From Candidatus Moanibacter sp. (GTDB lineage Bacteria; Verrucomicrobiota; Verrucomicrobiia; Opitutales; UBA2987): 50,462 bases of DNA. The stretch is from the NCBI GenBank assembly GCA_965215885.1, contig CBDCEW010000019.1, positions 1-50,462 of the forward strand. The letters run 5' to 3'. Below the pieces are notes generated by a model. The model worked only from the letters and a program-made list of their open reading frames with translations. It was not told the DNA's origin and made no database searches. The position numbers and the translations under genes were made by a program. Below, piece by piece: positions 46,268 through 50,462 of this stretch. The stretch's first letter is position 1. Every line of letters starts with the position of its first letter.

Positions 46268-47094
46268 AGTATACCCAAGGATGGCTCCGCAGTACCACTG
46301 ATGGGAAACCAATTGAACTTAGGTTGGAAGCCAACCTTGCTCCCTTCGTGTATTACGACAAGGTTCGGGACGAGGTTTCTCCGATTGAAACCGGAGTAGG
46401 TAGCGGCACAGTTGGGTTGGGAAACTTGCCGCACCCCACTTTCGGCAGAAGCCTCTGACGGGATTAAGAGGGTGGACAGGATACCTGGATTCCTCTACCT
46501 ATCTCGAAAGGAGGTATGAAGTGTCCGCGACGATTCCTGAAGAATTCCGTGATTTATTTGAGAAAAAGGGATTTGCACATCTGGCGACCCTGATGCCGGA
46601 TGGAAGACCGCAGGTGACACCGGTGTGGTGCGATTTTGACGGCGATCACGTGTTGATCAATTCGGCCAGAGGCCGAGTTAAAGATCGAAACATTCGGCGG
46701 GATCCGCGTGTAACCGCCACCATTCAAGATCCGGATAATCCATATCGGTATCTGGAAGTGCGGGGACGGGTAATCAAAATTGAGGAGGAGGGAGCAGATG
46801 AACACATCGATAAGCTGGCCAAGAAATACATGGGTGTAGACACCTATCCTCTCCGCAGCGAAGGGGAAGTGCGCGTGATTTATCGAATTGAACCGGAGCG
46901 CATTAGCTCAATGGGTTGAGTCGTCTGCCGGTGTGCACCGGACGGGAGAAGGCAGTTTCTACGGGTTAGGCCCTTAGGTCCTTACGTGGAGAAGAGAATT
47001 GAATCCCGGCGCGCCGGGAGAAACAGAGAAAAACGGAGAGGAATAAAAGAGGGAGAGTGTGCCCACGGATGGCTCCGCAGTACCACGGATGGAA
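46268..47094 (+). repeat. ~39-bp direct repeats flanking the PPOX gene
   Basis: Identical 20-bp core ggatggctccgcagtaccac at 46279-46298 and 47067-47086. Confidence 0.7.
46521..46919 (+). CDS. PPOX-class (split beta-barrel) putative F420-dependent oxidoreductase
   Basis: AHLATLMPDGRPQVTPVW, KDRNIRRDPRV, NPYRYLEVRG, HIDKLAKKY; strong RBS AAGGAGGT upstream. Confidence 0.88.
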   Translation: MSATIPEEFRDLFEKKGFAHLATLMPDGRPQVTPVWCDFDGDHVLINSARGRVKDRNIRRDPRVTATIQDPDNPYRYLEVRGRVIKIEEEGADEHIDKLAKKYMGVDTYPLRSEGEVRVIYRIEPERISSMG

Positions 47095-47323
47095 AGAGTG
47101 AAAGTGGAAAGGGAGAGGGAGCAACGAATTGGGACTGTGAGAGCATTGAAAGCACAATCTTTTGACTATCAGCTTGTTACAATCTGAGTTAGGAAAAAAC
47201 GTGTTCAAAAAAACAAGAATTGGATGGATTGTAGCACGGAGGACCCCGGAGAATGTTACTTGGAAAGGTAGAAAGTTGGGAGGAGTTCATTTCGCCTGCT
47301 CTGCCATACGGCAGAGTGGAAAA

Positions 47324-47401
47324 CGGTCAGAGAAGTATTGACGAGAGCGTTTTCTCTTGGCTCAAAGTCAGATCGCGCTCTCGTCAATACTTCTCTGACC
47401 G
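47324..47401. repeat. Perfect 26-bp inverted repeat with a 26-nt spacer
   Basis: cggtcagagaagtattgacgagagcg (47324-47349) and its exact reverse complement at 47376-47401. Confidence 0.85.
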
Positions 47402-47971
47402 CTTGAACCGCGCTCCGCGCGAGGCGAAGTCGACTCCTCCCAATTTTCTACCCCGTCAGGAAACTTCGGATTCTTCTGATCCATTGTTATCGATGCAGCG
47501 GTCGGTGCGGAGTGGGTGTCACCAGGGCTTGAGCGACGCCCCCGAAGCAGAGCAAGATCGTAAATTCGCCTTGCCATTATCCACCCAAGGCGCCTCTGTG
47601 TGCCTCTGTGGTTCTCTGTGGCCCTCTGTGACCCCTCTTCTGTCTTATCAACCTTCCACTTTGGTTGCGTCCGTATGCTGCCTTAGGGATCGGCGAGGTG
47701 CCTAGTTGCGTTGAAACATCTGCCCGCATATTTCAGCGCTTTGGCGCAAACGGATTTAATCGGATGATGAAGAAATGGTTGCGATTTTGGGGAGAGATAC
47801 GCCGTGCCTTCGCTGGAGTTTACGCCAAAGCTCACATCCACAAGCGCGGCGTGGCTGCGTTCTCGCGGAAATTCCGCGCGGTTACGCATCCCGGCACGCC
47901 GGGACGCCCGCACGGAATTTCGCTCGGGCCTTGCCATCCACGCTTCTGAAAAGTGTGAAATCACCGGACTA

Positions 47972-48475
47972 ATGACTACGCGGGAAGAGAAAATACGGCC
48001 GGTCTTGATCGTTTCCGCCTTGAATGGCTGGAGCGTGATCCTGTTGGCCGGCCTCTGTGCGATCGCGGCGCTTTTTCTGGGTAGCTGGTATGGATTTATA
48101 GTAGGGGCGGCGATCACAGCGTCCGGAGGGATGGAGGTTATTGGCCGCCAGAAATTGAAGGGCGGAAGCATCGCAGCAGGGAAATGGTTATGTGGGAGCC
48201 AGATCTGGCTTTTCGTCGTTATTGTATGCTATGTCACGTTTGAACTGTGGACGTTTGACTCAACGCGGGCGTTGAATCGGTTGCCCACGGAACTGGTTGA
48301 GACTTATCGCCTGATGGTAGGAGTGGATTCCGCTACATTCACCAGGATGATGGGCGCAATCTTTCGGACCATTTACGTGGCGGTGCTGGTTATCTCGTTC
48401 ATCTATCAGGGAGGACTCTGGTTTTTCTATCGGAAGTGTTGTAAGGGTCTTGAGATGAGTCCGGACAAGGCTTAG
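47972..48475 (+). CDS. Hypothetical membrane protein (about 4 TM helices)
   Basis: From ATG 47972 (MTTREEK) there are several hydrophobic helices; the upstream ORF extension lies in repeat DNA. Confidence 0.75.
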   Translation: MTTREEKIRPVLIVSALNGWSVILLAGLCAIAALFLGSWYGFIVGAAITASGGMEVIGRQKLKGGSIAAGKWLCGSQIWLFVVIVCYVTFELWTFDSTRALNRLPTELVETYRLMVGVDSATFTRMMGAIFRTIYVAVLVISFIYQGGLWFFYRKCCKGLEMSPDKA

Positions 48476-48500
48476 CCTGGAAATCTGCGAGAAAAGCGGG

Positions 48501-48618
48501 CTAGGATTCCGAAATTGGGAAATCCAGCGGACTCGCGACTTCCTTGATGGAGTGGCTCTCAACGGTGTGCTTATAAATTATGGTGGTCCGCACATCGCTG
48601 TGCCCAAGGAGCTGCTGA
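48501..48618 (-). pseudogene. intI: 3' remnant of an integron integrase (tyrosine recombinase)
   Basis: QQLLGHSDVRTTIIYKHTVESHSIKEVASPLDF matches the IntI C-terminal pattern QELLGHxDVxTTMIYTH...SPLD; oriented away from the attC array. Confidence 0.78.
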
Positions 48619-49151
48619 TTAGACTGAGCTTTCCCGACACCCTGAGCGAAGTCTCCTTTCGGGATCAGCTCAATATGGCCGCCTCGAAGCGCTGGAATGT
48701 GTATGCGAAACGGCCCTTCGCCGGCGTCGACTCGATCATCGTCTACATGGGGCGCTACACGCATCGGGTAGCGATCAGTCTGAAGCGAATCACGGCAGTC
48801 GGGCAAAGCGGTGTAACCTTCGATTATAAAAACTATCGTGAGGGCGTCGATTGCCAGGCAAGCGAGATGGAGGGGGTCGAGTTCGTGCGGCGCTTCCTTC
48901 GCCATGTCCTGCCCAGGGGTTTTCAGCGCATCCGCTACTACGGCTGTTGCCGGGCCGAGGCGGTGAAACAGATCGGCCAGGGATTGAGCGAACAATGGCT
49001 GAAGCTGGCCCGCCGTATCGAGGCGCTGGCGGCGGTGCTCTTGCAGTTGCCCCCGCCCGAAGAGTCTGTCGGACTGCCCTGTCCCCGCTGCCACGAAGCC
49101 ATCCTGCAACCAGCCGGCTTTTGTCTCTTTGCGCCCTGGGATACCTCCTGA
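48619..49151 (+). pseudogene. IS91-family (Y2 rolling-circle) transposase, C-terminal fragment
   Basis: WNVYAKRPF, YMGRYTHRVAIS (YxxxY), VTFDYK.YR, EFVRRFLRHVLPRGFQRIRYYG, CPRC; N-terminal zinc-binding and HUH parts absent. Confidence 0.87.
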
Positions 49152-49159
49152 GCAAATAA

Positions 49160-49396
49160 GGCTTACTTGACAGCCGTTATTACCACACCTTGGCGAAGAG
49201 CGTCGCTAAGGCGCACAATGGCATTGCCCGGATAGGAAAAATTTACGAAGATGGACTCGAAAAGATGACAGATTTCAACGCTCTTACCCGCAACTACTTC
49301 AAGAAAGATAAAATTCACAGTGACAATATCGCTCCCGCACTCTTGATCCCCGAAGCAAAAGGCAGAGCAAAACCCAATACCCGCGGGATCATTTAA
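49160..49396 (+). pseudogene. Probably 5'-truncated gene of the first visible integron cassette
   Basis: Open frame 49160-49396 without a convincing start; its TAA lies in the R'' box (ATTTAAC) of the attC site. Confidence 0.5.
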
Positions 49397-49494
49397 CGAG
49401 GCGTTGGAGCGAACGCGGCGACATTCATGGAGGCTTCTTATAGCACACAGGACTTCGTCGCTCTCGGGCTGCGTCGCTGAACTTAACGTTATGC
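49391..49494 (+). mobile_element. Integron attC site 1
   Basis: R'' ATTTAAC, L'' TTGGAGC, imperfect inner stem, L' GCTGAA, R' GTTATGC; 104 bp. Confidence 0.82.
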
Positions 49495-49590
49495 AGGATT
49501 GACGAGCAAGAACATCAATTGGCTTGTCAGTAGAATGAAGTCTCACATTTCCAAAACTACAACCACACTTTCATCGGAACCAATTTTACT

Positions 49591-50016
49591 ATGAATCCCA
49601 TCGCAAGGAACATTTTGGCGGTAATTGTCGGTTTTGTCATTGGCAGCGTGGTCAATCTTGGATTGGTCAATATTGGTATGTCAGTGGTTCCTCTTCCCGA
49701 GGGCGCTGACGTCTCCACAATGGAAGGCCTCCGCGAGAGCATGAGGTTGTTTACGCCGGCAAACTTCATATTTCCGTTCCTGGCCCACGCGCTCGGAACG
49801 CTCACCGGTGCTTTCGCCGCTGCCAAGCTCGCGGCCAGCCACCACATGAAGTTTGCAATTGGCATTGGCGTTAGTTTTCTGATCGGCGGTATTACGATTG
49901 TCTTCATGTGCGGTGGTCCCGTGTGGTTCATCGCATCCGACCTATTACTGGCGTACATTCCAATGGGATTTCTTGGAGGCCTCCTTGCCCGCGGGAAGAG
50001 ACCTCAAACTGCATAA
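49591..50016 (+). CDS. Integron cassette gene: small 4-TM hypothetical membrane protein
   Basis: 141-aa hydrophobic ORF between two attC sites; stop codon inside R'' (GCATAAC). Confidence 0.85.
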   Translation: MNPIARNILAVIVGFVIGSVVNLGLVNIGMSVVPLPEGADVSTMEGLRESMRLFTPANFIFPFLAHALGTLTGAFAAAKLAASHHMKFAIGIGVSFLIGGITIVFMCGGPVWFIASDLLLAYIPMGFLGGLLARGKRPQTA

Positions 50017-50111
50017 CATTCATTGCAGCCGACGTGGATTGGCCGTCGGCGCTAGTCATGAAATCGATGTCAACTGCGGCCAATCCACGCGGCTGAATTC
50101 GATCGTTAGGC
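50011..50111 (+). mobile_element. Integron attC site 2
   Basis: R'' GCATAAC is the exact complement of the GTTATGC core opening this cassette. L'' TTGCAGC pairs with L' GCTGAA leaving one extrahelical base; stem cg(a)cgtggattggccg / cggccaatccacgcg; R' GTTAGGC. Confidence 0.93.
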
Positions 50112-50133
50112 ACTAAACGTCGCAGATTTTACC

Positions 50134-50462
50134 ATGGACGCTAAAGCATCCCGAAAAATCGTGCTTGTTTCAGGTGCCCAGGGGGCCGGGAAAACAACGC
50201 TTGCTGGGCCGCTTGCAGACGCGCTGGGATTTGCTCTTATTTCGAAGGATCACATCAAAGAAGCGCTGTTTGACGCGCTAGATGGATCTCCTGGAGATCT
50301 CGCTTTTTCAAGGAAGGTTGGAGGTGCCTCAATGGAACTACTATGGGTGCTTGCAAACCACTGTCCGAACGTTGTCCTTGAAGCGAACTTCAGGTATCGA
50401 AGCGACTACGAAAGGACTCGTATCAGTGCGCTTCAGGGAATATTGACGGAGGTATATTGTGA
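50134..50462 (+). CDS. Integron cassette gene: P-loop kinase/AAA-family ATPase (partial, runs off the window)
   Basis: Manual translation MDAKASRKIVLVSGAQGAGKTTLA...ISKDHIKEALFD...VVLEANF; starts 23 bp after attC2; absent from the ORF track because it has no stop in the window. Confidence 0.85.
   Translation, partial: MDAKASRKIVLVSGAQGAGKTTLAGPLADALGFALISKDHIKEALFDALDGSPGDLAFSRKVGGASMELLWVLANHCPNVVLEANFRYRSDYERTRISALQGILTEVYC

Noticed and set aside
45990..47645. Short tandem tracts (acgcgaat-type at ~46000-46115, ctctgtg-type at ~47595-47635) as ORFs or RNA genes
   Set aside because: Degenerate 9-11-bp tandem repeats without coding or recognisable RNA-family signal; treated as part of the general repeat load.
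48501..49109. 202-aa minus-strand ORF as an intact gene
   Set aside because: Chimera: only the last ~38 codons are integrase-like; the rest is the antisense of the IS91 fragment.

Overview
Bacterial chromosomal window, probably from the PVC superphylum (Verrucomicrobiota/Opitutales-like; inferred from gene content). The left part is core and transport genes: frameshifted ychF, rpsP with a ~195-aa acidic tail, trmD and rplS (no rimM), an AsmA-like protein, a formylglycine-generating enzyme, a TatT/TatP/DctQM TRAP (TPAT) transporter, a sigma54-type activator, an Aas-like acyl-activating enzyme, an amidohydrolase and an ECF sigma/VWA pair. The middle holds a ligase-associated exonuclease plus ATP-dependent ligase, two complete IS elements with readable terminal repeats and target duplications, an uncharacterised sugar-catabolic cluster, a frameshifted C-methyltransferase, a Bax-like glucosaminidase, orphan Opp/Dpp ATPases, a LarA-like protein and a PPOX-class oxidoreductase. 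The right end is a decayed integron: the 3' tip of an intI-like gene, an IS91-family transposase fragment where the rest of intI and attI should be, and a cassette array with two clear attC sites running off the window. Most larger intergenic spaces are filled with nested repeat families (stop-codon-anchored MITE-like elements, ~300-bp modular repeats, REP-like hairpins and 15-18-bp micro-palindromes). No rRNA, tRNA or CRISPR array was recognised. All calls come from motif reading; no database searches were run.
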